Shown: positions 16,926 through 34,577 of the stretch, piece after piece
How the letters are laid out: the number at the start of each line of letters is the position of its first letter
Numbering within the stretch: the stretch's first letter is position 1
NCBI RefSeq assembly: GCF_009914755.1
Contig: NC_060928.1
Length of the DNA stretch: 64,000 bases
DNA from: the human T2T-CHM13v2.0 reference genome, Homo sapiens
Strand: one strand, 5' to 3'
Program-made: the position numbers and the translations under genes
The notes under the pieces: generated by a model
What the model was told of the DNA's origin: nothing
Seen by the model: the letters and a program-made list of their open reading frames with translations, nothing else
The model's database searches: none

Positions 16926-18892
16926 TTTTTAGTTAGGATTCTGGCTGGCAAGTGACATAACTTAGGCAAAATAGGAATTTATTGGACCAGTAAAACCAGG
17001 GAAAGTCCAAGCAATAAAGAACCAAAGATGTAACTAGAGACTTAAGAGCCAATAGAACATGGAACTTCATGAATTTCTGGACCTTTGTTAGCTTCATTCT
17101 CTCACATTGCCCAATGGCTTTCTCAACAAGTCTAATAACATGGCCTCCAGCATCTCCTAGGGTTCATATTTTATAGAAGGTTGTTTCTAAGACTCATACA
17201 TGCAGGAATCATTCTCTTCTTCAGTTTTATCTCAGTAGTTCCAGGGAATAGCTCTATGTGACTTATCTATTGTTTTACTTACCTAGCAGATTTTGTTAAT
17301 AGGACAACCTTGTTTTATTTGAGAACTGCCCTTTCCCAACTATGAAATTCTAGGAGGGGTGGGGAATTTCTGGCAATACTTCCTCACCACAGGTATAGAT
17401 GTGCAATCAAGGTTAACCCATCAGTGTACTACATTCCTGTAGAAATAATAAGTATTTCTAGGTAAGCATAAAACCACATCAGTACAAATTAGAATTATTT
17501 GAGACTAGGATTAATATGGATGCTGTATATAAGAATTTTATGCCATCTCCAACTGGGAATATGAGTTAAAAGTATTATTATAATCTTGTGGATGCTGGAA
17601 GTCATCCTTGCTGCCATAGGAAAATGCCTGCCTGAAAATAAAGTCAACATATAGGAAAAGATGACAAGAAAATGAAGAGAAGCATTGTTTTGATGACATC
17701 GTGTATACCTCTGGATGTCCATGTTAGAGTCCATTTACAGCATTTGATAAATGCTCTATTAATGGTAGCAAGCAAGGTGGGGGTGGTGGCATGAGAATAT
17801 AATTGGTCCAGCTTTGATCAGGGTTCCAGGCTATGATGTGGTTATGTATAAATTAAAATAAAAACATATGCAGACCAGTTCTGGCCATAATCCAATGGCT
17901 TGTATTATGTTGAGCTAAGCCTCCTGCAGATCACTATAAATGCTGAACATAGTACGTAAAACAACCATTTAAAGACATTTGAGAGCAATCAACTCAGGAG
18001 GACTCGAGAGATGACAGTACTTGAGAAAAGAGAAACATACAGGTAAGTTACACATTAACCTCACTTATACTCTGAAGGAAATTTCTGCATTGTGGGGTAG
18101 AAGAATATAACCCAAGAGGAGGGAAGTGATCTCAATAGCTCAAGAGACAGAAGTTGAAGTTTTGTACAGCCAAAGTGACTGAGACTTGAGGAACAGAATT
18201 CAGGAATGGTGAAAACAACAGAGAAAGACACTAAAATTCTTAATAGACATTATCCAGGTCTTTTGCCATTTCCTAAGATGTATGTGTGCATGGAAAAACT
18301 TCAAAAAAATGCAGTAGGGAATAACTATAAGGATGTTAAGCTGATGAGAGAGTTTACCTGTGGGCTGTTAGTACAAAAGATTATAGTTCAAATCCTACCT
18401 TTGCTTGTATTATGAGCCTTCTGCCTACTACCTATATTTCAATTAAGACATCATAAATGCTACACCTTAGGAGTAAGGGCTAAAGCCTAAGAGTTGGAAT
18501 CATTCCATGGGAGTAAGGGCTATGTCTTCAAGTAGAGGCATAATTAGACATGTGATACTAAAATTGTAAAAAAGAGCATTTTAAATAATTTCAAAGAGTA
18601 AAAGCAGATGACTCAAAAAGAGCAAGAATCAAATTGCCTTGCAAAAAGTGACATAAGATGCACTAAAAGTATTAAGTAAAAAGTTTAAATTATTAAAGTG
18701 AAAGAATATCTAATCTAGAATTTTGTAGTTGGCTGTTATCCTTTAAATATGAGATCAGTGGAATAAGATACCGGAAATGTAACCATGCAAAGACCCATTT
18801 TGAAAATCCTTGGTGTGGGCACGCTCCATGAAGAGAAATAAACCCAGGAGGTCAGTATGACATGAGTGAGAAGTAGTGGCAAGCAATAACTA

Positions 18893-18924
18893 CACAGACA
18901 CACACATATACACACACACACATG

Positions 18925-18951
<27 letters not shown>
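18893..18951. repeat. Imperfect (CA)n microsatellite
   Basis: cacagacacacacatatacacacacacacatgcacacacacacacacacacacacaca. Confidence 0.9.
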
Positions 18952-18956
<5 letters not shown>

Positions 18957-19524
18957 AAAAATGCAAGAAAGATAACCCATATAACACAGAAACAGTTTTA
19001 GAAAGGTAATAACTAAATGACTGGTGAACGGGGTATTGATATAAAGAGGGAAATAGAATTTGTTTCAGTAGAATACATAGATCATAACAAGTTTTAACAA
19101 TTAATTTAAAAACTCGATTTTAAATTATGTGTAACTAATAGCAAAGTAAAACATATATAACTTTTAAATCAGCAGAAAAAAGGAAATATAATCTGTACAA
19201 TTGGAACAGGAAACAAACAAACAAAAAGAAATGAAAGAAAGTATTATGCTATAGATAAGTCCTAACATAATATTTTAGGAAATCTAAATGTAATATACTC
19301 ACAAATCAAAACAAAAACTAAAGGTTCTCCAATGGATGGAAAACAAGTTTACCAATATATTATCAGTAAGACATAGTTATATCAAAGGAAACTATAAATT
19401 AAATAAAAGGAAAAATAGATACCAAACACAAAGAAATATGTAGTACCAATCATATCATCAGACAAATTGAATTTGAAATGAAAACTAGTTTTAAGGAAAA
19501 ATGTGATTATTGTTATAAAATGAT

Positions 19525-19790
19525 AATAATGCTCATGATGCATATAAACACATATAAAATGATGAGTATACTGCTTGCAGGTGCTGTTCTATACTCTTTA
19601 CATATTATAACACAATCCATCCTCATAACAACCTAAAGATACAGGTACTTCTATCATCCACATTTAGTAGATGAGAAAAATGAGCCATAGATTTTTTTGG
19701 TAACTTGTCCACAGCAAGAAAGGGTTAAATCCAGAATCAAAACCCTGTTACTATGATTTTAGGGTTCATGCTATTATATAATAACTATAC
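19525..19790 (+). mobile_element. MIR SINE
   Basis: 'atcctcataacaacctaaagatacaggtacttctatcatccacatttagtagatgagaaaaatgag...taacttgtccac'; strand label approximate. Confidence 0.6.
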
Positions 19791-19949
19791 TAATTATGAA
19801 CATATATGCAAGAAAAGACAGACAATTTAAACAGCAATACCATGTAATAAATAGATACGTGGAGAACCTTACTTTCAACGTATAAAAATTATACATTTTT
19901 CACCTCATCCAATCTTATAAGTTTTTCCCACATTTATTTATATCTCTAG

Positions 19950-20820
19950 CCTACACATTTCTCCTGACCTGTATATCTAGTTTATCAGTCAATGTCTTAA
20001 ACTTACCTTGTTGAAACTTATAATTACCCTTACACCTACTTTACCCACAGCCTGGAAGTGGATTGTGCTCCTTTCTTCTCTCGTTTCCTATATCAGCTCT
20101 ATCAGAAAATTCTGTTTTCACTGTCTTAAAAATATGTTCACAATCCAACCGTATTTTACCACCTCTACTGTAACAAACGTGATACGATTCATCATCTCTG
20201 ATTATCTTGATTATTGCTACAGTTTCCTAAATCCCCTCCTTGCTTCTATTCTTGACCCACAGTCTGTCCTCACTCAAGAGCCAGTGTTTAAAATGTAAGT
20301 GAGAATCACATAACTCTCCTCTTCAAAAACATCAACGGTTCCCATCTTAGTCAAAGTAAAAGTCAAACTCCTTACAATCGTCTACAAGACTCTCCATAAT
20401 TTGGTTGCCATTGCCACACAATCCTTGAAGAGTGAATATATTTCTACCAGAGGACATTGCATAGGCTGGCCCTTCTCCTTGGAATCATATCCCTCCAGAT
20501 ATCCCAATGATTAATTCCTTCACTTCCTGTTTACTCAGATGGCATCTTTTCTATAAAGCCTACCTTGATCACTCTATTTAAAATTGAAATACTACCCCAA
20601 TTATCAATCCCAACCCAGTTTATGTTAACTCTACTTTTTCACATGTATTTATATCTATCTAACTTTCCATTTATCTGTTATGGCTATTTTATCTTATTCT
20701 TTCTAGTAGAAAGTCCATGAGGAAAATTATTTTGTGTTTAATTTATCCCAAGTATTTAAGAGAGTACCAGACACAGAATAAGTATTTATTAAATATTTCT
20801 TGAGTAACTAAATGAGAAAC
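19950..20820 (+). mobile_element. L2 LINE 3' fragment
   Basis: 'tcatctctgattatcttgattattgctacagtttcctaa', 'aaagtcaaactccttacaat', 3' end 'taagtatttattaaatatttcttgagtaactaaatga'. Confidence 0.6.
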
Positions 20821-21659
20821 AGTCAAAAATTAAATATTGACAAGGCCATATGGAAGCTTTAATATATTCAGAAGAATTAATATTTTACAGAATGTGTTCT
20901 CTGATCACAAAGCAATAAAATTAGAAATAATTGAAATAAACTTTAAAAAATACCTAATGTTTGAAAAAAACTAAATAGTGCACTATAAAAAGGCCCTTAA
21001 GTAAAAGAGCAAATCTTTAGGGAAAGTACAAAACATTAAGAACTGAACAAAAATGAAAATATTGCAGTTAAAGTTTATTAGAGCTAAAGCACATTGTCAA
21101 AGTTATAGCTTTATATGAATTAGCCATAAAGCAAAAAATGTTGAAGTAATGAAAATTTAATTTTTGGAAAAGAACCACAGAGCAAACCCTATGAAATAAG
21201 AATAATGCAATAAACATAAAAGCAAAAATTATTAAAATAACAAAGTAATAAGAGAGAAGAATGACATCAAAGCAAAAAGATTGACAAAAAAAATCAAAAC
21301 TTTGGCAAAACTTACAGTAAAAAGAAAATGTGCAAAGCAAAAACATACAGTAAAAGGGGAAAGTAACCTCAAATACCAGAGATTTAAGAAATGACATAAG
21401 AAGACTTTGAACAATATATGCTAAGAAGTTTCATAATCTATAACCATTGTTTTCAACCAGAGTGAATATCAATCTCTATCCGGCATTTGAATATCAGTGC
21501 AAGTGTTTGTGATTATCACAGTGGCTGGGGATGTAATTGGTGTATTTAGCGTCCAGAGTCCAGGATAGAAAACTCGAATGATTAAAGAAAATTGAAATGA
21601 TAAATTAAAAATACACCTGTTTTCTCCTTTCCTGTCCTTGCTGTCCAGTCAAAAGCTTT

Positions 21660-21985
21660 TATGCATGAACTGTGAAGCTTTATACTAAGTGAAAGAGGCC
21701 AGACACAAGAACTCATATATTCTACTTATATGAACTATTCAGAATAGGTAAATCCATAGAGACAGAAAGCAGACTGATGGTTATCAGAACTAGCCCAGGT
21801 GGGGAAGGGGACTGACTGCTTACTGAGTACAGGGTTTTATTTTGGAATGATGAAAATGTTTTGGAACTTAATAAAGGTGACAGTTGCACACATTGCGAAG
21901 GTACTAAACTCCACTAAATTGTACCCTTTAATATGATTAACTTTATGTCATGTGAATTGCACATCAGTAGAAATAAATAAATAAA
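21660..21985 (+). mobile_element. L1MB-type 3' end
   Basis: 'ctaagtgaaagaggccagacaca...ggtaaatccatagagacagaaagcagac...gaaaatgttttggaact...ccactaaattgtacccttt' with A-rich tail. Confidence 0.7.
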
Positions 21986-22824
21986 CATATATTAAAGGAC
22001 ATAAAATCTTCTGAATATGTGGATATTATATTTATATATTATATGGTATGTGTGTATATGTATATATGTATATTTATATAAATCATGTTTATGCATGGGA
22101 AACTTAGAAAATATGTCAATTATCTCCAAGTCATTCATAAATTCTATTCTACAGTATAACCAATTAATATACCAACAAACTTTTATATAAAACGAATTTA
22201 TATGGAAGAATGAAGTTCACAAATATCAGAGAGGAGACTTAATATCAGATATTAAAACATTTTATAAAGCTATAGTAATAACTCCTGGCTTCCACCCAGG
22301 ATGTAGAAAGATGGAAAACATATCACTCCCACCCTGACAAGAAAAACCCAGAATATCTACAAAATCATTGTTGTCCTCAATTTCTTAGTAACTGAGGTTG
22401 CAGAGTGATCTATTCTCCTATTCTCCCCTAATCTAAAGAAAAGCCGGTGCCCCAAACTCATGTCTGAGCATGAGAGGCAGACAATACTGCCATAAAAATG
22501 GATGGGAAGAATTTAGCAAAAACTGTTAACAAATTGCTAAATCCCTGGTGACTATGCAGGTGTGAAATCCCTGGGCAAGGATAAATGATGCATATGATGC
22601 TGCAGATAAAAGGAGAGTTGGCATGAATTTGTAGGTTCTCCTCCACAGACTTCAAGTGGTCACTCACAAGAAAAATTACAGGCAGAAATGCAAGAAAACT
22701 CCTGACAGCATTGTAGGCTTGAAAGAGGGTCATGGATGCTGCTTGTGGAAAAGGCACTATGTTCATTTGGACCTTTCTAACCCACAGAGTAAAAGACATG
22801 ATATTTCTAAACACTGATATGCCC

Positions 22825-23612
22825 TAATTTGATCTATACATTCACTGTCATCCCAATAAAAATCCCAGAAATTTTAGAAACCTAAAGGCTTATTCTAAAA
22901 TACACATGGAAAGGCAAAGGGCCTAGAATACCTGAAAACATTATGAAAAAGGGGAACAAAGAGGAGACACAATATCTGATTTAAAGACCACCATAAAGCT
23001 ACAATAATCAAGGCAGTGAGGTATTGGCAAAAGGATAGTCAGATAGAATAGTTGAATCAAATAGAGTTCAGAAATAGACCCCATATATGATCAATTATTT
23101 TCAATAATGTGCCAAGGAAAGTGAAAGACCAAGCATAATCTCTCCAACGAATGGCCCCGAGAAAATTGGATATTCATATTAAGAAAGTAGCCTTGACCCA
23201 TAACTCACAACATATACAAAAATTATGTCAAAATAGATGCTAGTCCTCATCATAAAGGTAAAATTATAAAAATTGTAAAAGAAAACATGATAAAAAGATA
23301 CTTGTGACTAGGATTTAGGCAAATATTTCTTAGATACCTCTTCAAAAGCACCATCTTTAAAGGCAAAGTTAACATACTGGACTTCTTCAAAATTAAATAT
23401 TTCTGCTCTTCTAAAGACACGTTTCTTAAAAAAAAAAGTCAAGCCACAGAGTAAAAGAAAATATTTGCAAAACATGTATCTGAGAAAAAGACCTGTATCC
23501 AGACTACACAAAGAACTCTTGAAACTCAGTAGTAAGTAAACAACCCAATAAAAAATGGGCCAGTTTTAACAGACATTTCACAATAGAATATACAGCTGTC
23601 AAGAAAACATGA
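22825..23612 (+). mobile_element. Old L1M ORF2 3' portion (host element, left part)
   Basis: Degenerate ORF2 'ataaagctacaataatcaaggcagtgaggtattggcaaaaggatag...atatttgcaaaacatgtatctgagaaaagacctgtatccagac'. Confidence 0.7.
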
Positions 23613-26600
23613 GAAGTGCCAAAATGGCTAACGAGAAGCAGCTAGTGTGCAGCGCTCTCATGGAGAGGAGATAGAATGGCTAGGAAACACCAGCTCTACA
23701 ACTGGATCATCCAGGTGGACATGGGATTCATCAAAGAAACAATGCAACCCAAAAGAACAGAGAAGAGTGAAGCAGGACAGCTGTCCACCCAGGACTGGCA
23801 TGCAGCAAGGAGAGGCTCCACACTATGGGAAAATGGTAGTGAGTGAGAGGCCCCAGGGACACATACTTATGCTACAAACCTTTGCAACCCTGGGCTCAGG
23901 AGATTCCTCTTATCCCCTCCCACCCCGCAACCGGGGCCTCCAGACAGAAATGGAGAGCTTCCTGGAGTCTGGACAGAGCTTCCACTCAGGCATATATGGA
24001 GTCTTGGGGGCCTTGGATTTCTGGGCACCCTGGCACCAGTGGCTGTAGCTCCAGAAAGGGGGGAGGCCAGGCTTCCTCGCACACCTCCAGGACCGGGGCC
24101 AAATCCATGGGGCTGAGGAGCAGATGGACTACAGGCCTGACATCTATTGCATCTCACCAGACAAGGCTTACTGACCTGGGACCCTTTCTCGGCCACTTCA
24201 GCCCTGGCTGAGCTCTTGGGCCAGTAATGTCTTCGTACTTCACTGGAATGGAGCTCCCAGAGGTAGCACACAGGTTCGCCATTTTTACTGCTCTGCAGTG
24301 CCGACTTCTGATGCCCGTAAGCCAGGGAAGGAGCGAAGAGCTTAAGTTTTAACACAGGCACCCAGCACAGAGCAGTGGCCTTACGGAAAAGTGGCCAGAC
24401 TGTTTTCCATGTGAGTCCCTGCCTCTGTTATTCCTCACTGGGCAGGGCCTCTAGACTCAGGCCCCCCCTGCCTCTGCCTGAACACTTCAGTTGATAGCAG
24501 ATCTGTGTTTTGCTGGGGAAGAAACAACCGACAGCCCCTCTGCCATTGCAGCTGCAGTGGTACGCCCTTACTGCCCTTGGGCTGGAGAAGGAAAAAAGGG
24601 CCTGGTTGCTTCACTGACACCTCCGGCGCACCGTAGCTACCATAAAAAAAGGAGCCCAGTTGCTCTTCCCTGTGAGCCCTCAGCCCCAGCCAGGGCGCCC
24701 AGCTCAGGACTGCAGCACAGCTGCCCCATCCCCAGCTGAGCATTCCCACTGGCAGCAGCTCTGTGTTTCTCCAGGAAGGAATTCCCAGAGGCAACTGACA
24801 GCCCTCTGTCATTGCCACTGCAGTGGTACTGCCCTTGCTGCGATTGGACTAGGGAAGAAACAAAGACCCTGAGTGCTTTGCCCACACCTTCAGCACACCG
24901 TGGCCACCCACAGGTAAAAAGGCCAATCTATTTCCCCTGCAAACTCTCTGCCACTCCTGCTTTTCACCAGGAGGGGCCCCCCAGTTTGGACCCACAATGC
25001 AGCCACACCACCCTGCATTGATTGCTTTGACTGGTAGCAGCTCTGCATATCTCTGGGGTGGAGCTCAAAGAGACAAGTGAAAGGTCCTTTGTCACAGCCA
25101 CTGCCAAGTTTCCTTCCCCTGTTGCCTACAAGCTAAGGAGGGAACATAAAACTTGAGCTTGCCTCGGGGCTGCAGTGCACAGCCTGGGAGTGCCAAGCCG
25201 AGATCTGCAGCCAGCACTCCAGTGGGAGAGGAGCCCAGACTCTCAGAGCACTGAGGTTGAGCATGGTTGCAAATGCAAGGAAATACAGAGGAGCCACATG
25301 GCTGAGCAAAAGCCTAAAATATACCCCGTGTGAAACCAAGGACAAGAATTAAGCCACAAATAAAGTCCCAGGACAAACCCTAGTCCCTCTGAAAACATCC
25401 AGAAACGAAGTCAACTGACTACTCAAATTATACCACAGATAAAAGAACATCAACCCACACAGATGAGAAAGAACTAGCAGAAGAACTCTGGCAACTCAAA
25501 AAACCAGAGTGACTTATTTCCTCCAAACAGCTGCACTAGGTTCCCAGCAATGGTTCTTAACCAGGCTGAAATCACTGAAATGGCAGACACAGAATTCAAA
25601 ATATGAATAGGAATGAAGATCATTGAGATTCAGGAGAAAGCTGAAATTCAATCAAAGGAATCTAAGAAATACAATAAAACAATACAGGAGCTAAAAGATA
25701 AAATGGTCATTTTAAGAAAGAACCAAAATGATCTAATAGAGCTGAAACACTCTCACCACTCTTCTTCAACATACTACTAGAAGTCCTAGCCAAAGCAATC
25801 AGTCAAGAGAAAGAAAAGGCATCCAAATTGGAACAGAAGAAGTCAAATATCTCTGTTTGCAGATGATATGATATTATACCTAGAAAAGTCCATAGTCTCT
25901 ACCCAAAAGCTCCTTGATCTGATAAAAAAAAAAACTTCAGCAGAGCTTCAGGCCACAAAATCAATGTAGGAAAATCCGTAACATTTCTATTCACCAATAA
26001 CGTTCAAACTGAGAACAAAACAAAGACTGCAATCCCATTTACAATAGCCACAGAAAAATAAAATACTTAGGAATACAGCTAACTAGAAAGGTGAAAGATC
26101 TCTACAATGAGAATTACCAAACACTGCTCAAAGAAATCAAAGATGAAACAAACAAATGGAAAAACATGTCATGCTCATGGTTGGGAAGAATTAATATTGT
26201 GAAAATGGCCATATTGCCCAAAACAATCTACTGATTCAATGCTATTTTTACCAAAATACCAATGACATTCTTCACAAAATTAGGAAAAACTATTCTTAAA
26301 TTTATATGGAACCACAAAAGAGCCCGAATAGCCAAAGCAATTCTAAGCAAAAAGAACAAAGCTGGAAGCATCACACTATCCAACTTCAAACTATACTACA
26401 AGGCTACAGTATCCAAAACAGCATGGAAATGGTACAAAAACTGACACATAGACCAATGGAATAGAATAGAGAGCCCAGAAAAAATGCTGCACACCAAAAA
26501 CAATCTGATTTTTGACAAGGTCAACAAAAACAAGCAATGGGGAAAGGACTCCCTATTCAATAAATCATGCTGGGTAACTGGCTAGCCATATGCAGAAGAT

Positions 26601-27785
26601 TGAAACTGGACTCCTTCCTTACATCATATACAAAAATCAACTCAGGATGGATTAAAGACTTAAATGTAAAGCCTAAAATTATTAAAACTCTTGAAGAAAA
26701 TCTAGGAAATACCATTCTGGACATAAGCCCTGGCAAAGATTTCGTGGTGAAGATGCCAAAAGCAATTGCCACAAAAACAAGAATAGGCTAATGGGACCTA
26801 ATTAAACTTAAGAGTTTCTACACAGCAAAAGAAAATGTCAACAGAGTAAGTAGACAACCCATAGAATGGGAAAAAGATTTTCAAACTGTGCATCTGACAA
26901 AGGTCTAATATCCAGAATCTATGAGAAATTTAAGTAAATAAACAGGCAAAAAACAACACCATTAAAAAGTGGGCAAGGGACATGAATAGACACTTTTCAA
27001 AAGAAGATCTGTGCATGGTCAACAAACACATGAAAAAATGCTCAACATCATTAACCATTAGAGAAATGCAAATCAAAACCACAATGTGATACTATCTCAC
27101 TCCAGGCAGAATGGCTATTATAAAGAGCCAAAAAATAACAGACTGGCAAGGTTGCAGAGAAAAGGGAATGCTTATACACTGCTGGTGGGAATGTATGTTA
27201 CTTTAGCCACTGTGGAAAGCAGTTTGCCAATTTCTCAAAGAACTTAAAACTGAACTACCATTCAGCTCAGCCATCCCATTATTGGATCCCAAAGGAATAT
27301 AAATCATTCTACTATAATGGCACATGTATGCATAGCATTATTCACAATAATAGCAAAGACATGGAATCAACTTAAATGCCTATCAACAGTAGACTAGATA
27401 AAGAAAATGTACTACATATCTGCCATGGAATACTTATGCAGCCATAAAAAATAACGAGATCGTGTATTTTGCAGGAACATGGATGGATCCGGAGGCCATT
27501 ATCTAAATAAATTAACACAGGAACAGAAAACCAAATACCATATGTTCTCACTCACATGTGGGAGCTAAACATTGAGTACACATGGACATAAAGACGGGAA
27601 CAATAGATACTACAGCCTACTTGAGGATGGAGGGTGGGAGGAGGGTGATGGTCAGAAAACTACATGTCAGGTACTATGCTTATTACCTGGGTGATGAAAT
27701 AATCTTTACACCAAATCTCCATGACACACAATTTATCTATATAACAAACTTGCACATGTAACCACTTAAACTAAAATGAAAGTTA
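23613..27785 (+). mobile_element. L1PA15/16-like LINE with long GC-rich 5'UTR and a large ORF1-ORF2 deletion, nested in an older L1M
   Basis: 5' start 'gaagtgccaaaatggctaacgagaagcagctagtgtgc'. ORF1 N-terminus ~25400-25750 jumps to ORF2 'ctctcaccactcttcttcaac'. 3' end 'ggagggtgggaggagggtg...gtactatgcttattacctgggtgatgaaataatc'. TSD aagaaaacatga (23601-23612) / aataaaacatga (27786-27797). Confidence 0.85.
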
Positions 27786-27797
27786 AATAAAACATGA

Positions 27798-28600
27798 AAA
27801 GATGCTTGATATCATTAGCCAGTTTGAAAAAGCAAATTAAAATTACAATCGGATACAAGAACGTATATCTTTCAATGATCAATAAGAGAAAGAAAAAGAA
27901 AAAAGCTATGGTTATTAGAGAGGGTGCAGAGCACCTGAAAATCTCATATATTGCTGATAAGAATGCACAATATTATCACCACTTTGGAAAACAGTATGAC
28001 GGTTTCTTCTACATATTTAAATATGTAGCTTAGCAACCTCATTCCTTGCTATTTACCCAGATTAAATAAAAACTTATATTCTTATAAAAACTTGTATGTC
28101 ATTATTTATAGTAGTTTTATTCATAATCACCCAAAGTGGAAAACAGGTCAAATATTCTTGAAGTCGTGAGTGTGTAAACAAACTGTGGTATATCCAAAGG
28201 ATGGCTTCCTACTTGGCAATAATAAAGAACACACTACTCTTTCATGCAACAACGTGGATTGTCTAAGTGAAATATGCTAAGTGAAAGAAGCCCTTCTCGT
28301 CATGATACAGGCTACATGCTATGTAATTCCATTTGTATGACATCCTGGAAAAGGCAGATCTAAAGGGACAACAAACAAATGATGACTGCCAGAATCTGGG
28401 TTGGAGCCAAGTGACCTACAAAGGACCATGAGGGAATTTTAAGTGGGGATAGAATTTTTTCTGTATCTTGATTACAGATACAGTACCAAGTGGTGGTTAC
28501 ATTAACTGTATGTGTTTCTCAAAAATCATAGAACTGTACCTTAAAATGGCGAGTTCAGTATTTGTAAATTACAAGCTAGTACACCTTAACAAAAAGTAGA
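27798..28600 (+). mobile_element. Old L1M 3' end (host element, right part)
   Basis: Resumes with 'aaagatgcttgatatcattag', collinear with the 23600 breakpoint; 'caccactttggaaaacagtatg', 'aaactgtggtatatcca', 'tgctaagtgaaagaagcc'. Confidence 0.7.
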
Positions 28601-29885
28601 ATATAATAAAGCTTTAGTATGAAAAATGTTATGAAACTAACATAAAAACAGAAAACTATACTGTTAGTATGCCACTGAGAGTATGTAAGAAGTTAGTTGA
28701 TGAATAGTCACTACTAAATGACTGGGAAAAAATTGTGTTGGGAAAACTCTTCACTATATGCGGAAAAGCATAGCTCAATTTCGACTTTATGCTACATATG
28801 AAAGTGGGTTTATGTGGTTTAAAACCTAGATGCAAAAGGTAAAATGAAAAGATAATAGAAGAAAAGCAATATCTTTGTGACCCAAGGTCAGAGAAGTCTT
28901 AAATAAGACCCCCCCAAAAATAAAACTTAAAGTGAAAACTAGACTTTCCCACATCAAAATTAATTATTTTGAAATGGCACTTGGGAAATTCTCAAATGGG
29001 CAACAAATTTATTTAGAGAAATGATACAGCTTATTAGCAATGAGAAAAATTAAAAGATCCACATGAAAATATTAATTAGTGAGAATGTGAGAAGACAAGA
29101 ATTCTCTGTGTAACCTGGTGTAGCCATTCTGGAAACAAATTGGCAGTTCTTAGTGAAACTAAGTATTGATATACCTTTCAACCAAATGATTACACAGATG
29201 AACACATATTTCATAGTTATGGACAGGAGAAAAATTTGAATGTGTTCACTGCAATTCAGGTTGCATAATGGCGCGTTGGAGGCAATCTATGCCCTTGCAG
29301 TACAGTAACATACAATAGAATATGGTGGAGGAAATAATTTAAAATATGCTTACCCTGTGAGAAGCAGTAATCGAGATGTACAAAAGTTACTTAACCTCAG
29401 TTTCTTCATCTTTAGAAAGGAAATATAATAGTACACATGCAATACAATTATTGAGATCAATGAACTAAATTAAAAATACTCAATAAATATTAGTTACCAC
29501 TACTTTTATTGTTGCATACAACGGTAAAACAACATAATTTTAATAGTGTTAAGTTTAAAAATTAGAAATGGAGTTAAAAGTTTTTTACAAAGTGAAAAGT
29601 CATATAATTCCCACTAATGTTAACTCAGCTGAATCTGTCATTTGAAGCTAGAGTATCTCAAAAGCTTATTTTCTTCCCTTCTAGGCTGTTTGTACCAATA
29701 TTTCGACAAATCTTTAAGATTTGAAATGACTTATCTCCCACTATTATCAAATCTTGAAAATGTTTGCAATAATTTCTAACATGTTGTACTTTGCATGTTT
29801 ACTTCTCTACACTTTCTTTCTTTCCAATGGATTATTTACCAAGTTGACTGCTTCTGCACTGTTCCGAGCTGAGCTGTAAGCATAC

Positions 29886-29907
29886 ACCATCGCCCTCTGC
29901 TGGTTGA
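29886..29907 (-). promoter_or_regulatory. Predicted CTCF binding motif
   Basis: Minus strand tcaaCCAGCAGAGGGCGAtggt matches the CTCF core CCASYAGRKGGCR; lies in non-repetitive-looking DNA. Motif only, occupancy not shown. Confidence 0.65.
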
Positions 29908-30371
29908 ACATTTAGCATCCTATGAAGAGTAAGGTCTGAATTCTCTGAGTTCTAAAGTTAAACTTTATGTTATGATTAACTCATAAAATATCAGTGTTAC
30001 TTATTCTAACTATTTAAGTAGAATTTGCATTCTAGCTTACATGGATTATATAGTAAAATCATTTTTCATTTTAGGTCAGAAAATGTTAAAATATTTCCAT
30101 AAGATGTCAATGTTATTTCAATGGAATTTAATTTCATGGCAGTTAGTCTAGTTTCTCTCTCTTTCAGATACCCATTCATATAGGTAGTATTTCACTTTCT
30201 TTGGTGACTTCTTGAAGTGTTGACTTTTTTTCTTAGATTTAGTATAAAGGTTTGAAATTTCACCTTCCAAACTAATAATAATACCTGCATTAATTCCGAC
30301 TTTGTAATTTGAATTTATCCTTCTCATCTCACTCACATGCATCAATATGTTTAAAGCTTTATGCTCCTTAT

Positions 30372-30700
<329 letters not shown>

Positions 30701-31238
30701 TGAGAAGTGTTCAAATATGGAAATTGTTTTCCTGGGAAAAGGTGATTTTAAAGTTTAAATTTTTAAATGTTGTTTGACACTGAATTTTTTTTTCTTGACT
30801 AACATGAAAGGAAATAGAAAGCCTGGAAATAACTTTTAGAATTTAACTCCTTAAAAATGGTGGCTTTGAATTAAGCATACAATTTTCATAAAAGTTACTT
30901 ATTAGTTTGTTGCTTCATTTTGTTGTGTCTTTAATCAGAATTTTAAGATCTATATGGTAAGCTTCTCTGGAGTCTGCCTTGTATAAAAGGCAAACATCCC
31001 TCCCCTTCCCATACTTTATCTGAACTGTCGCTGTCAATGACATTTCTCAACACAGTTGTTTCAGTTCTACAAAAAATCAATTATAATTAAATAGACAGTT
31101 CTAAGCCTCCAGTCTTGTTGCTTACCCTGATTGTTAATGATCTGTTGTAGGAGGAAATACTTGTCCTCTGTAGAATCTTCTTCTCTGACTCGGAATTTGT
31201 GCCAGATAGAAAATGTCCTTAACTAAGAAAAAAGCAGA

Positions 31239-34577
<3,339 letters not shown>

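Noticed and set aside
23647-25345. Cluster of overlapping ORFs on both strands
   Set aside because: Expected from GC-rich, stop-poor L1 5'UTR sequence
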